From Caedibacter taeniospiralis (GTDB lineage: Bacteria > Pseudomonadota > Gammaproteobacteria > Francisellales > Francisellaceae), in the NCBI RefSeq assembly GCF_002803295.2, contig NZ_PGGB02000001.1, positions 30,001 to 62,000 on the forward strand: DNA of 32,000 bases, in the 5' to 3' direction. Under the pieces are notes generated by a model. It searched no databases and was not told the DNA's origin. It saw only the letters and a list, made by a program, of their open reading frames with translations. Below are positions 1 to 8,881 of the stretch, one piece after another. Position 1 is the first letter of the stretch. Every line of letters begins with the position of its first letter. The position numbers and the translations under genes are program-made.

Positions 1-69
1 GTGGCGCTATTCGCGGGGATGTATTTTGGGGAAGCGGTTCAGATGCCGAATTTTATGCAGGACACATGA
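1..69 (+). CDS. 3' end of an unidentified CDS entering from the left edge (partial)
   Basis: Frame +1 is open from base 1 to the TGA at 67-69 (VALFAGMYFGEAVQMPNFMQDT*). It is too short to identify. Confidence 0.25.
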   Translation: MALFAGMYFGEAVQMPNFMQDT

Positions 70-133
70 AAAATCTTGGGAAAATGTTTGTGCTTTTACC
101 TAAGTCCAATGCTTTGAATTTTGTTAGCAATGA

Positions 134-427
134 CTAATGCAACACTACCCACTTTCGACTCAGGATATTGTATTTATTAAGCTCTTGCTCATGAAATTTG
201 GTTAGGAACTCACGATTATTTACTTCCATCGCAAATTCTTTTTGTGCCAGGCTTATCCCATAGCGGCGACACCAGCGCTTAACGGTCCACACCTCGTAGC
301 CCATTAGTTCCGAGGCCTCAAGATAAGAAACACCTTGATCGTGCAAATCATTTAAAACCTTCTCGGCAGGTTTTCCATATTTCTTCAAAACATTTAATTC
401 AAAATTATTGCTATATTGATTTGGCAT
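134..427 (-). CDS. Small hypothetical protein with a probable helix-turn-helix (97 aa)
   Basis: ATG-initiated 97-aa ORF. The segment VSYLEASELMGYEVWTVKRWCRRYGI looks like an HTH (helix, turn, basic recognition helix). I do not recognise a family. Confidence 0.45.
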   Translation of the reverse strand: MPNQYSNNFELNVLKKYGKPAEKVLNDLHDQGVSYLEASELMGYEVWTVKRWCRRYGISLAQKEFAMEVNNREFLTKFHEQELNKYNILSRKWVVLH

Positions 428-599
428 TATCTGCTCCTATTGCAACTATTATTCCGTCAACGAGGTCAATTCTCACATAGAACAACTAAGCAAGCCAATA
501 AAATAAAATAATCAACTACATAACAAAAAGCTATTGCTAAGGGGGTTTCAACTTAGATAACACTCAGTGCAGAATGGATGGGCAAACAGGTTGAGTATT

Positions 600-630
600 G
601 GTGGATGCGCCTTTGGCTTATCCACCCTAC
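600..630. repeat. REP-like extragenic palindrome with a CTAC tail
   Basis: GGTGGATgcgcctttggcttATCCACCctac has 7-bp arms GGTGGAT/ATCCACC followed by CTAC. It lies 28 nt downstream of the marR stop. As I recall it, it resembles the enterobacterial REP consensus (..GGATG..CTTATCCGGCCTAC). Confidence 0.5.
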
Positions 631-657
631 TACCTACCGTCAGAACGAATGGGTATC

Positions 658-1146
658 TTATGAAACTTTAGATCCCTGACCTGCTTCACTACTGTTCTGA
701 AGCTCCTCTAGTGTTTTGGATAAGTTGGCTTTAAGCTTCTCCAGTGTCAGCATAAGGGATTTTTTTTCCTCTTGACTGACATCACTTAAAATTTCGGCAT
801 AATGCGCAGCAACCGACTTATCAAGCTCCTCTAAGACAGCTAAGCCTCGCTTGGTTACCTGAACGCATTTAGCACGCCGATCACTCTCATGTGCTACGCG
901 TTCGATTAACCCTTGCTCGGCAAGGCGATCCAAAACTCGAATTAAATTTTGTGCCTCGATTTCCAGATGTCCTGCCAGCTCTATTTGAGTGAGTTTTGGA
1001 CGAAATCTGGCATGCACTAACGCACGACGATCCAATACATTTAAACCGAGTTCTTTGGCGTGTACATTATAAATCTTACGAATCAGAAGTCCTGTGTCAC
1101 AAATAGCAAACTCCAGCAACTGCGTTGTCGCATCATCTATGCTCAC
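658..1146 (-). CDS. MarR-family transcriptional regulator
   Basis: 162-aa ORF with a winged-HTH MarR-type core (LTQIELAGHLEIEAQNLIRVLDRLAEQGLIERVAHESDRRAKCVQVTKRG). The GTG start at 1144-1146 overlaps the TGA stop of the upstream EamA gene (GTGA). Confidence 0.85.
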   Translation of the reverse strand: MSIDDATTQLLEFAICDTGLLIRKIYNVHAKELGLNVLDRRALVHARFRPKLTQIELAGHLEIEAQNLIRVLDRLAEQGLIERVAHESDRRAKCVQVTKRGLAVLEELDKSVAAHYAEILSDVSQEEKKSLMLTLEKLKANLSKTLEELQNSSEAGQGSKVS

Positions 1147-2018
1147 CTATTCACCTTTTGTCTTTGTGTCTGGAGCCTGATTATAACAATGGCGCTAGCG
1201 ATTGTCAGCAGGATTCCCAACATCGTTAGACCATCATGAGACTCCGCAAAAAACAGCATCCCAATAGCAGCTGCAAAAATGACATTAGCATAGTAAAGCA
1301 CAGAAAAACTTTGCGCTTGAATATGCGCTAATGCGACTACCAATAGATATTGGACAAAGAAAAAAAGAATGCCTATTAAGCACAAAACCAATAAAGCTTT
1401 AATGGAAACGACTTGCCAAAATGGGATGCTAATAACCCCCGCAATCAAGCTTGAAAACAGAAAGTAATAAAAAACTGTTGTGACACCGCTATCATGTGCT
1501 GAAATTTTTCGCACCATAATAATGGAAAGCGCCATGGATAAGCCTGCCCCCAGTGCCACAATCGCATAGGGACTCATAATGTTTGCATCTGGTTTTAAAA
1601 TCATTACTACGCCTAAAAAGCCAAAACCAAGAGGTAGCCACAACGCATGCTGAAACTTTTGTCTGGCAAAAATAAATAAGATGAAGGGCACAAAAAAAGG
1701 TGACGTATTTGCCAGCAGCACACCATCCACTAGCGAGACATGTGTAATCGAAATAAACAAAAAATAACTAATGCCTAAGCTAAATACTGCTCGCGCCAGA
1801 TGCTGGAGTAGCACCTGTGTTTTAAACAGGTTTCTCTGCCAGTTTCGCCGTTGATAAAACATCAACGGTAGCAATATAAGCAGAGCCACCAAACTTTGAC
1901 TAAATACGATCATAGGAATACTAAGATTTAGGCTAAATACCTTAATTAACGCAGCTTGAACAGCATAAATTAACGCACTTAGCAACGTAAAACTTATCCC
2001 CAAATAACTGTTTTTCAT
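1143..2018 (-). CDS. EamA/DMT-superfamily permease
   Basis: Strongly hydrophobic multi-span protein with an EamA-like duplicated organisation. I prefer the ATG at 2016-2018 (MKNSYLGISF...) over the GTG at 2025-2027 used by the ORF track. It is translationally coupled to marR. Confidence 0.8.
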   Translation of the reverse strand: MKNSYLGISFTLLSALIYAVQAALIKVFSLNLSIPMIVFSQSLVALLILLPLMFYQRRNWQRNLFKTQVLLQHLARAVFSLGISYFLFISITHVSLVDGVLLANTSPFFVPFILFIFARQKFQHALWLPLGFGFLGVVMILKPDANIMSPYAIVALGAGLSMALSIIMVRKISAHDSGVTTVFYYFLFSSLIAGVISIPFWQVVSIKALLVLCLIGILFFFVQYLLVVALAHIQAQSFSVLYYANVIFAAAIGMLFFAESHDGLTMLGILLTIASAIVIIRLQTQRQKVNR

Positions 2019-2035
2019 TAAACACACCCGCCAAT

Positions 2036-2086
2036 ATTATAATTCTTGATTATAATAATTAAGAATTCTAAAAAAATCAAGATTTA
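2036..2086. promoter_or_regulatory. AT-rich divergent promoter region with overlapping inverted repeats (candidate MarR operator)
   Basis: AATTCTT (2041-2047) pairs with AAGAATT (2061-2067), and TCTTGATT (2044-2051) pairs with AATCAAGA (2075-2082). The region lies between the divergent eamA-marR operon and dtd. Confidence 0.3.
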
Positions 2087-2188
2087 TTAGCAACTTTATA
2101 ATCCAGAAACTCATCCTTTATGTGTCTAATGACAGCGCTAATCAAAAACGCTATGCTAGCTCACACTGAAAATAATGTTTCCTTTCTC

Positions 2189-2626
2189 ATGTTAGCACTT
2201 ATCCAACGCGTTTCTTCAGCTTCAGTTGCCATTGAACAAGAGACTGTAGCCAGCATTGCTACAGGCATTCTGGCTTTGGTTTGTGTTGAGGAGCGCGATC
2301 AAAAAAAGCACTACGAAAAGATGGCACACAAACTGCTTAACCAGCGCATATTCGAAGATGAATGTGGCAAAATGAATAATAGTCTCCTGGATATCAAGGG
2401 TGAACTGCTACTTATCCCACAATTTACCTTAGCAGCCAATACTGAACGGGGACTTAGACCCAGTTTTTCGAGCGTCTGTCCACCAATAATTGCCAAGGAG
2501 AAATTCACTGAGTTTTGCCACTATTTATCCACCTGTTACCAAAGGATTGCACAAGGATGCTTTGGGGCGAATATGCAAGTCTCATTGATAAATGATGGTC
2601 CTGTCACCTTGTGGCTTAAGGTATAA
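2189..2626 (+). CDS. dtd: D-aminoacyl-tRNA (D-Tyr-tRNA) deacylase
   Basis: 145 aa counted from the ATG at 2189 (MLALIQRVSSASV...). Dtd hallmarks are present: LIQRV at the N-terminus, PQFTLAANTERGLRPSF, and MQVSLINDGPVTLWL at the C-terminus. The ORF-track 5' extension from 2120 is not needed. Confidence 0.9.
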   Translation: MLALIQRVSSASVAIEQETVASIATGILALVCVEERDQKKHYEKMAHKLLNQRIFEDECGKMNNSLLDIKGELLLIPQFTLAANTERGLRPSFSSVCPPIIAKEKFTEFCHYLSTCYQRIAQGCFGANMQVSLINDGPVTLWLKV

Positions 2627-2700
2627 AAATTAAGAAAATTTTTACTTCTCTATTATTCCGTTTTAGTTATACTTTTGCGGCGTATGGTTGGTTTTAGTGA

Positions 2701-2916
2701 GATTTTTATGTATATAAGGGAGTTAAACTTATCCCTAACTCCAGGGCAAAGTGCCTTTTTAGTGATATTAAAGGACTCAAGGTGTTTAAAGATGAACATC
2801 CTGATGCTAGGACCTATGCGGTGAGTCTTGATCAAGAGGTAAGGGAATTAACTGATGGGATTTTGATTCTCCCTTGGCAAATATTTTTACAGCGACTGTG
2901 GGATCACAAGTTATAA
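2701..2916 (+). pseudogene. C-terminal remnant (about 71 codons) of a DUF4143/COG1373-type AAA ATPase
   Basis: The frame is closed by TAG-TGA at 2695-2700. It then reads DFYVYKGVKLIPNSRAKCLFSDIKGLKVFKDEHPDARTYAVSLDQEVRELTDGILILPWQIFLQRLWDHKL* (stop at 2914-2916). This matches the typical C-terminal end of that roughly 390-aa family (..dlKGLkaF.e..P.a......dGi.ilPw..FL..LW). There is no start codon and no ATPase domain upstream. Confidence 0.5.
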
Positions 2917-2939
2917 AAACATAAAAGGGGGCTTTGCGT

Positions 2940-3044
2940 ATGAAAAAGACAATAGCAGTTCTAGCAGGAGATGGCATTGGTTCTAAGGTAATGGCTTGTG
3001 ACATCGATGTATTAAATGCAGTATATTTTTATGTATCACGTTAA
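2940..3044 (+). pseudogene. N-terminal remnant of a 3-isopropylmalate/isocitrate dehydrogenase-family gene (34 codons), now a short ORF overlapping the serC start
   Basis: An AAGGGGG Shine-Dalgarno (2923-2929) precedes the ATG at 2940. The ORF reads MKKTIAVLAGDGIGSKVMACDIDVLNAV, then goes out of family (YFYVSR*) to a stop at 3042-3044. E. coli LeuB begins ..IAVLPGDGIGPEVM...LKVLDAV. The rest of the gene is absent. Confidence 0.5.
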
Positions 3045-4086
3045 TTTCTGTGCGGGACCCGCACAATTGTCAGGACAGGTTTACTCATCACTAAGCCAGA
3101 TGATTCAAAATTACCAGGGTACGGGAGTATCATTACTGTCAATTTCTCATCGAGACCTTTTGTTTGCCAAGGTAAATGAAAATATTAACTCCTATCTAAG
3201 GGTGCTTTTGGCGCTTAATGAGGAGTATGAAATTTTACTGATGCCAGCAGGGGCGAGTGCGCAATTTGCTGCGGTACCGATGAACCTTAAGAGCAAAGGG
3301 CACGCGCTGTATTTCAATAGTGGTTACTGGGCAAACGCCGCTATTAATGAAGCTAAAAAATTTATTGAAGTCGAGGTGAAAACGGGGATTGATCTTGAGG
3401 TTGGTACTTTAAATGATGAATATGACTATATTCACTATACCGAGAATGAAACCATCGACGGTGTGCAGTGGTCTTTTGTACCAGCGGCGCATCTACCTGT
3501 GGTGTGTGATATGTCATCAAGTTTTTTATCGAAACTAATTGATGTTAGTAAATATGATCTGATTTATGCGGGAGCGCAGAAAAATATCGGCTTGCCTGGG
3601 GTGACGGTAGTCATTATCAGAAAAACCATGCTAAATGCGATGAATGCTGGGAATATTCCAGCAATATTAAGTTATCAAACGATGCAAAAAGCAGAGTCTT
3701 TATATAACACCCCTGATGTGATTGCCTGGGTCGCCATGGAGCTTGTGTTAAAGGATTTGATACGACAGGGTGGATTGTCAGTCATTCAAGAGAAGAATAA
3801 AACCAAAGCAGAATTGCTTTATCAAGCGATTGATGAATCGAGGCTGTTTAGTAATAAAGTGGAAGCAAAAAATCGTTCACTGATGAACGTTGTATTTCAG
3901 CTGCCAAGTGTTGAACTCACCACCGCGTTTTTAGATTTTGCAGATAAGCGTGGTGTCTATGGTATTGCAGGGCACAGAAGTCTCGGCGGTATGCGTGTGA
4001 GCTTATATAACGCAATTAAGCAGCAAGAAGTTGAGTACTTGATATCGGTAATGCGGGAGTTTGAAGCTGACAGTTTTGTCGCTTAA
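3031..4086 (+). CDS. serC: Phosphoserine aminotransferase
   Basis: MYHVNFCAGPAQL matches the SerC N-terminus (FxxGPA). Also present are YAGAQKNIGLPG (the PLP-lysine motif) and GHRSLGGMRVSLYNA near the C-terminus. The ATG at 3031 is preferred over the one at 3016. Confidence 0.9.
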   Translation: MYHVNFCAGPAQLSGQVYSSLSQMIQNYQGTGVSLLSISHRDLLFAKVNENINSYLRVLLALNEEYEILLMPAGASAQFAAVPMNLKSKGHALYFNSGYWANAAINEAKKFIEVEVKTGIDLEVGTLNDEYDYIHYTENETIDGVQWSFVPAAHLPVVCDMSSSFLSKLIDVSKYDLIYAGAQKNIGLPGVTVVIIRKTMLNAMNAGNIPAILSYQTMQKAESLYNTPDVIAWVAMELVLKDLIRQGGLSVIQEKNKTKAELLYQAIDESRLFSNKVEAKNRSLMNVVFQLPSVELTTAFLDFADKRGVYGIAGHRSLGGMRVSLYNAIKQQEVEYLISVMREFEADSFVA

Positions 4087-4171
4087 ACAAAGACAAATTG
4101 ATAACTGCCAGTTCCCTGCGCAATTTCCATCTTTGTCAAATGCCTAAAGTTCAGTTATAGGTGTATTCCAA

Positions 4172-5818
4172 TTATTTGTTAAACCTTGCCGTCGTTGGCA
4201 TTCTGCGCCCAATACCAAATGGGCGGCGCTGGATAAATAAAATTTGTGGCGCCTGTTTTCTCTTAAATTCAGCCAACTCAACCATGCGATAAATCCTTTT
4301 TTGCTCACTCACCTCCACTTGATCAACGATTGTTTGCAAACCTTTAATTTCACTTTCTGCCAATAAATCTCGCTCTAGATAAAGCTTAAGCATCGCGTCT
4401 AAATAAAAGTAATCAGGCAAGCTGTCAGCGTCTTTCTGTCCCTCTGCTAACTCAGCCGATGGCGCTTTATCAATGACGCTTTGGGGGATTAACTCACCAT
4501 ATTTTTCATTGATATAATTTGATAGCGCGTAAACGTCATTCTTGTATAAATCCCCAATGCAATTTAAAGCTCCGCACATATCGCCATAAAGCGTTGCATA
4601 TCCTACTGCCAACTCACTTTTGTTACCGGTTGTCAGCATCAATAAGCCACTATCGTTAGCATATTCCATCACAATCCGCCCACGAATACGCGCCTGCATA
4701 TTCTCCTGGGTGAGTTTTTTAGGCTCGCGTCCAAAGGCTTTTGTAAAGTTCTCACACGTTAGTAAGAACTCGTCATTGATGTCACGCGTAAATAACTCTA
4801 TCCCAAGATTCTGGCAAAGTACCACTGAATCATCGATTGAACCTTTGGAAGAATAAATCGATGGCATAGTGATCGCTTTAACGTTACATTTACCCAGACT
4901 CAAGGTTGCAATGGCTAACGTCAACGCACTATCAATCCCACCAGACGAACCTACGACGGCACCCCTAAACCCACATTTATGTACATAGTCTCTTAAGCCG
5001 CAGATAAGCTGCTGCAAAATAAGCTCCTGCGGTTTATTTTCATAAGGAGGACTGATCATGGTTTCGGATAAATTGTTTAAATCACTGCTTAGACTACCTT
5101 CCTTAAAGCTTTGCGCCAGGGCAATCAGCGCTCCTTCAGTATTACAGACAAAACTTGCGCCATCATAAACAAGCTCATCATATCCCCCCACTTGTGAGCT
5201 ATAAATTATTGGTGCCTGGATTTGTTTGGCAATCCTTGAAACTATATCCAAACGCTGCTGAAACTTACCTAATATTGAGGGCGAGGCATTAAGTACAATC
5301 AAAGCATCAAGACTATCTGGCAGACCATCGACGGGATTTTTTAAATAACCTTGATGGTTGTTATACCAAATATCTTCACAAATCAAAATAGCCAATTTTT
5401 TACCTTTTAATACAAAGCTTAACTGAGCATTTTCACCGCTAATAAAATGTCTTGTTTCATCAAACACCCCATAGCCTGGAATCAATTGCTTATGATAGGT
5501 GTAAACAACTGCACCATGAGCAATCACCAGCGCGCTATTATAAAACTTTTTAAGCCCTGGTATGGGTGTAGCAACACCAATGACTACTGCTGTATTAAGC
5601 TCTGCGCTTAGCGCTTTGATCCTCTCAACAATCTCATGTTGTTTTTCAATGATTTCGGGATAAGTGAGTAGATCATAAGGGTAATAACCGATAATGCACA
5701 ACTCGGAAAACACGATCAAATCAGCCTCTTGATGCGTTTTTATCGCCTGACTTATTTGTGTAAAGTTGTAGTCAAAATCAGCAACGATATAATTTAATTG
5801 AACAGCAGCAATTTTCAT
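4172..5818 (-). CDS. nadE: Glutamine-dependent NAD+ synthetase
   Basis: 548 aa. The N-terminal CN-hydrolase domain has FSELCIIGY and ILICEDIWY. The C-terminal NAD-synthetase domain has the PP-loop SGGIDSAL. Confidence 0.9.
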   Translation of the reverse strand: MKIAAVQLNYIVADFDYNFTQISQAIKTHQEADLIVFSELCIIGYYPYDLLTYPEIIEKQHEIVERIKALSAELNTAVVIGVATPIPGLKKFYNSALVIAHGAVVYTYHKQLIPGYGVFDETRHFISGENAQLSFVLKGKKLAILICEDIWYNNHQGYLKNPVDGLPDSLDALIVLNASPSILGKFQQRLDIVSRIAKQIQAPIIYSSQVGGYDELVYDGASFVCNTEGALIALAQSFKEGSLSSDLNNLSETMISPPYENKPQELILQQLICGLRDYVHKCGFRGAVVGSSGGIDSALTLAIATLSLGKCNVKAITMPSIYSSKGSIDDSVVLCQNLGIELFTRDINDEFLLTCENFTKAFGREPKKLTQENMQARIRGRIVMEYANDSGLLMLTTGNKSELAVGYATLYGDMCGALNCIGDLYKNDVYALSNYINEKYGELIPQSVIDKAPSAELAEGQKDADSLPDYFYLDAMLKLYLERDLLAESEIKGLQTIVDQVEVSEQKRIYRMVELAEFKRKQAPQILFIQRRPFGIGRRMPTTARFNK

Positions 5819-5825
5819 AAGGATC

Positions 5826-6605
5826 TCAAGACTTCAAACGTATGCCCCACGATAATAAATACCATGCCAAACCATATAAAACAATAATAAAGGCAACAAT
5901 TGTGACAAAGGCAATGGTCGGATTAATCGATGAATGTCCAATAAAAGCAAATCGCACAAAATCGACGATATAAAACAGCGGATTATATTGGGCAATGTGC
6001 TGCCAAAAGGGTGGCAAGGAATTTAAACTATAAAACACGCCACCTAAATAAATAAGTGGGGTTAGCACAAAAGTTGGGAAGATTGTTGTATCATCAAACT
6101 TTTGTGAAAAAATACCATTTAATAACCCTCCTAACGAAAATAATGCACCACACAGAATAAAGGATAATATGATGAGTAATAAGGCATTTAAATGCAGCGA
6201 AATCCCACCAAATAACACTGCGACGATGCTTACCAATACGCCAACAGCTATACCGCGCACAATGCCACCTGAAATATATCCCAAGATAATCAGATGATTA
6301 GTTGCAGGTGATACCAGAATCTCTTCAATCGCACGGCTAAAGCGCGCACCATAAAAGGAGCCCACCACATTGGCATAGGCATTATTAATCACCGCCATGA
6401 TCACGAGCCCCGGGGTGATAAATCGCATATAGTCAAAACCATCCATGGTGCCTATATGAGATCCCACTACCTTACCAAAAATTAAAAAATACAAACTAAT
6501 CGTAATCACTGAAGGCAATAAAGTCTGTGGCCAAATACGCAAGATGCGCACAATTTCCTTTCTTAAAATGGTGTAATAAATAACCCAGTATTCTCTTAAT
6601 GTCAT
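5826..6605 (-). CDS. ABC-2 type transporter permease (YadH-like)
   Basis: 259-aa multi-span hydrophobic protein immediately downstream of an ABC ATPase. The layout is typical of an ABC-2 exporter pair. Confidence 0.8.
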   Translation of the reverse strand: MTLREYWVIYYTILRKEIVRILRIWPQTLLPSVITISLYFLIFGKVVGSHIGTMDGFDYMRFITPGLVIMAVINNAYANVVGSFYGARFSRAIEEILVSPATNHLIILGYISGGIVRGIAVGVLVSIVAVLFGGISLHLNALLLIILSFILCGALFSLGGLLNGIFSQKFDDTTIFPTFVLTPLIYLGGVFYSLNSLPPFWQHIAQYNPLFYIVDFVRFAFIGHSSINPTIAFVTIVAFIIVLYGLAWYLLSWGIRLKS

Positions 6606-6614
6606 GTTTGTTAC

Positions 6615-7541
6615 CTATGCTTTGTTTCTTGCCACATCAATAAATAATTTCTCAAGCTTGTTGGTCTTGGTTTTTACACTCAAGACTTCAATATTCTGTT
6701 TGGTTAGTTCGACAAACAGTTGGTTAAGCGTAATCGTTTTATCGACTTCAATTTCAAGTGTTGTCGCATCCACTAACGCACAATTGCCAAACTCACACTG
6801 TATTTGCTCGTGATTTATGGCATTTTTTAAATCAAAAACATAGGTTTCTTTCTCGACAGAGCGCAAAAGTGATTTCATATCTGAGCTGGTATGCAATTGC
6901 CCCTGGTGAATCAAGGCAATGCGATTGCACATACTCTCAGCTTCTTCCAGATAATGTGTTGTCAAAATAATCGTTAAACCCGCTTCATTTAATGCACGCA
7001 TTTGCGTCCATAAGGATTGACGTAGTTCAACATCCACGCCCGCCGTTGGCTCATCAAGAATCAACACTTTGGGTTTATGAATAAGTGCACGCGCAACCAT
7101 GAGTCTTCGCTTCATCCCCCCCGATAAGAATCTCACTTGCGTATCTCTTTTATCCCATAACGCCATGTCTTTCAGCAATTTTTCAGCATAGGGTTTTGTG
7201 GTTGCACGATCTATGCCAAAAAAACCCGCTTGCGCGAGCAATATCTGCATGGGCGTTTCAAAGATATTCAGGTTAATCTCTTGCGGCATGACACCCAGGT
7301 GCTTGCGTGCCATAAATGGCTCTTTGACGGTGTCAAACCCACATACTTTAATGCTCCCACTGGTTTTATTCACCAAAGCAGAAATCATGCCTAAGGTCGT
7401 CGATTTCCCTGCGCCATTAGGTCCCAAAAGCGCAAAAAAATCTCCCACATAAACATCAAAGCTCACATCTTTAACGGCATGCAAGCCCCCTTTATAGATT
7501 TTATTGACATTGACCAATGACAATGCTTTTTCCATACTCAT
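6615..7541 (-). CDS. ABC transporter ATP-binding protein (YadG-like)
   Basis: Walker A GPNGAGKST, signature LSGGMKRR and Walker B LILDEPT are present. The start is probably the ATG at 7539-7541 (MSMEKALSL...) rather than the upstream ORF-track start at 7616. Confidence 0.85.
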   Translation of the reverse strand: MSMEKALSLVNVNKIYKGGLHAVKDVSFDVYVGDFFALLGPNGAGKSTTLGMISALVNKTSGSIKVCGFDTVKEPFMARKHLGVMPQEINLNIFETPMQILLAQAGFFGIDRATTKPYAEKLLKDMALWDKRDTQVRFLSGGMKRRLMVARALIHKPKVLILDEPTAGVDVELRQSLWTQMRALNEAGLTIILTTHYLEEAESMCNRIALIHQGQLHTSSDMKSLLRSVEKETYVFDLKNAINHEQIQCEFGNCALVDATTLEIEVDKTITLNQLFVELTKQNIEVLSVKTKTNKLEKLFIDVARNKA

Positions 7542-7624
7542 CGCTAATAACCAATCGTTATTCTTAAAGATTAAAAATGTATTGTAACAAAGTATTGGGT
7601 CGTTACCAGCCTGCACGAGCTTAT

Positions 7625-8881
7625 TTAACGTGAGTTCGATGTATTTTCTTTTTCCTCAATCAACTGCTGCTCTAGTGCATTTTCTGTGGCAACTGAAGTC
7701 TCGGCAGATACACTTTGAAAGGCCACCTTCTCATCTTGTTTGGCAGCTTGATGCACACGTAATCGCCACAACGTATATACACCCAATAAAAAGGATACAA
7801 AACCAATAAATGTAAAAAATCCAAAAGGTCCAAAGATCGACATAAACCAGGTGGTGATGAGCGGTCCAAACATGGAGCCGACCCCATAAGATAACGCTAA
7901 AATCCCAACAACACCAACCAGCTGATCAGCCTCTAAATAGTCGCTTGAGTAACTGATCGACAAGGGATAAAAAGTAAACGTAATCCCACCTAAAATAAAC
8001 GAAAGAATCGCTAATTGCCAAAAACTATTGTGTAAAATGCAAATCAATACTGCAACCAATACCGAACTTGCCAGCATGACCAATAACACAAGTCTTCTAT
8101 CAGTCAAATCAGAAATTTTACCGATAGGCAATTGTAATAACATACCACCTAAAATAATCGCAAACATAAGATAAGATATGGTGTGGACTGGCATATCCAC
8201 CTGTCTTAGAAATAAAGGGTAGATAGTGTAAATGCTGCCTAAGATCATTCCCGCTGCCATTGCTGTCAAGATCCCATTAAATAAAATAATCGGTGAAAGT
8301 AGCGCCGTATGTTCTTGCTTTAGTGTTGCAAAACACGTTAAACACACGGGAATAATAGAAAGCGATGCCAAAATTGAGATAACAGCAAATGCCAACAACA
8401 CGCTTTCAAATGGAATATTAAGTAAAAATTGCCCTGACGCCTGTACAAAGTAATAAATAAACAAATAGATCGACAAAAAAAGCCCTTTATGTTTACTTCC
8501 CGCCCCTTCTAAACACCATGCTTCGACAACGATAAAAAGCCCAGCCAACGCGTAGCCACACATAAAACGCGCTATCGCCCAGATGTTAACATCGTAGAAG
8601 ATTCCTTGCGCCATTGCCCCTGCTGCCATTAAAGTAGCAAATAGTGCATAAGCACGAATAAACCCTATGCGCAAAATAAGTCGCTGACTAAAATAAGAGC
8701 CTAATACCATCCCTGTAAAGTAAGCCGTTGAGATTAAGCCTACGATGAAATTACTCTGCCCCATCCGCGCAAGCTCAATCCTCGTATACGTTGTATAAAA
8801 CGTGTTACCAATGGTTAAAATACACATGCTGAGAATGGGCGCAAATAGCATCGCAAATCTCGCAGGTCTATATTCTGACAT
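7625..8881 (-). CDS. MFS transporter (YcaD-like)
   Basis: 418-aa protein with about 12 hydrophobic spans. The N-terminal third resembles the YcaD/UPF0226 MFS group (..SSxYFTGxxxGS....RIGFxRAY..). It is divergent from the LysR gene. Confidence 0.8.
   Translation of the reverse strand: MSEYRPARFAMLFAPILSMCILTIGNTFYTTYTRIELARMGQSNFIVGLISTAYFTGMVLGSYFSQRLILRIGFIRAYALFATLMAAGAMAQGIFYDVNIWAIARFMCGYALAGLFIVVEAWCLEGAGSKHKGLFLSIYLFIYYFVQASGQFLLNIPFESVLLAFAVISILASLSIIPVCLTCFATLKQEHTALLSPIILFNGILTAMAAGMILGSIYTIYPLFLRQVDMPVHTISYLMFAIILGGMLLQLPIGKISDLTDRRLVLLVMLASSVLVAVLICILHNSFWQLAILSFILGGITFTFYPLSISYSSDYLEADQLVGVVGILALSYGVGSMFGPLITTWFMSIFGPFGFFTFIGFVSFLLGVYTLWRLRVHQAAKQDEKVAFQSVSAETSVATENALEQQLIEEKENTSNSR

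Noticed and set aside
2311-2508. 65-aa ORF antisense to dtd
   Set aside because: It lies entirely inside a confidently identified gene on the opposite strand, so it is a shadow ORF.
2653-3004. Two minus-strand ORFs (2653-2835 and 2807-3004) in the dtd-serC spacer
   Set aside because: Their composition is low-complexity and odd, they have no SD, and they overlap each other. The plus strand of the same region reads as recognisable gene remnants (DUF4143 ATPase tail and LeuB-like head), which explains the open antisense frames.
4087-4171. Expected bidirectional terminator between the convergent serC and nadE genes
   Set aside because: I found only weak 6-bp complementarities (GACAAA/TTTGTC) and no convincing GC-rich stem with a U-tract, so it is not reported as a feature.
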